From Terriglobia bacterium (GTDB lineage Bacteria; Acidobacteriota; Terriglobia; Bryobacterales; Bryobacteraceae), in contig CAVYEK010000021.1 of NCBI GenBank assembly GCA_963767595.1, forward strand, positions 33,658 to 97,657: a stretch of 64,000 nucleotides of DNA, written 5' to 3'. A model generated the notes under the pieces. The model was not told the origin of the DNA. It did not search any database and saw only the letters and a program-made list of their open reading frames with translations. This document shows positions 63,950 to 64,000 of the stretch, piece after piece (position 1 is the stretch's first letter; each line of letters starts with the position of its first letter). The position numbers were made by a program, and so were the translations under genes.

Positions 63950-64000
63950 GCTAATTCCTTAATCGGCTGGGAGGCCGGTAAACGAGCTACCAGGTTTTCG

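Overview
High-GC (roughly 65%) bacterial chromosomal window. The gene content looks Acidobacteria-like: a CarboxypepD_reg-type TonB receptor, an ECF sigma/Ser-Thr kinase pair and many PP2C/STK sensors. That taxonomic call is inference only. The core (7.0-30.6 kb) is a complete contractile type VI secretion system. A minus-strand operon runs tssB-tssC-hcp-tagJ-tssA-tssE-tssF-tssG-clpV-vgrG, and a plus-strand set holds tssK1 and tssK2-tssL-tssM. A convergent DUF4280 (PAAR-like) gene sits at the vgrG end. Four things in the locus are unusual: (1) two full-length TssK paralogues; (2) between them, a tail-anchored proline-rich protein with a degenerate kinase N-lobe and six GEFTR(L/M/V)F motifs; (3) a ~490-aa NPPF SAM-methyltransferase between the tssB promoter and tssK1; (4) a membrane Ser/Thr kinase next to tssM, with no FHA, PppA or TssJ gene visible. 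Left flank: a multi-PAS/GAF histidine kinase (runs off the window edge), a REC-ParA/CpaE-like ATPase and a CheY-like regulator. Right of the T6SS: a TPR-GT41 (OGT-like) transferase, an orphan pstS, a Cache hybrid histidine kinase, an OlsF-like bifunctional acyltransferase, a PHP-domain protein, a DUF2062-like protein, two GerW/YtfJ-like secreted proteins, two membrane SpoIIE/PP2C phosphatases, a TM-anchored beta-lactamase-fold protein, a TonB-dependent receptor and glpQ. Then come an ECF sigma factor ATGA-coupled to a beta-propeller Ser/Thr kinase that appears frameshifted, a lower-GC noncoding stretch, an IS4/IS5-type transposase, higBA and an unknown membrane protein. A ~90-nt structured repeat occurs three times, each time starting at or within 14 nt after the stop codon of a CDS and in that CDS's sense orientation. 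No rRNA, tRNA or CRISPR array was seen. Many long ORFs in the supplied track are antisense shadows of real genes, as is typical of high-GC DNA. All domain calls come from motif recognition by eye, not from database searches.
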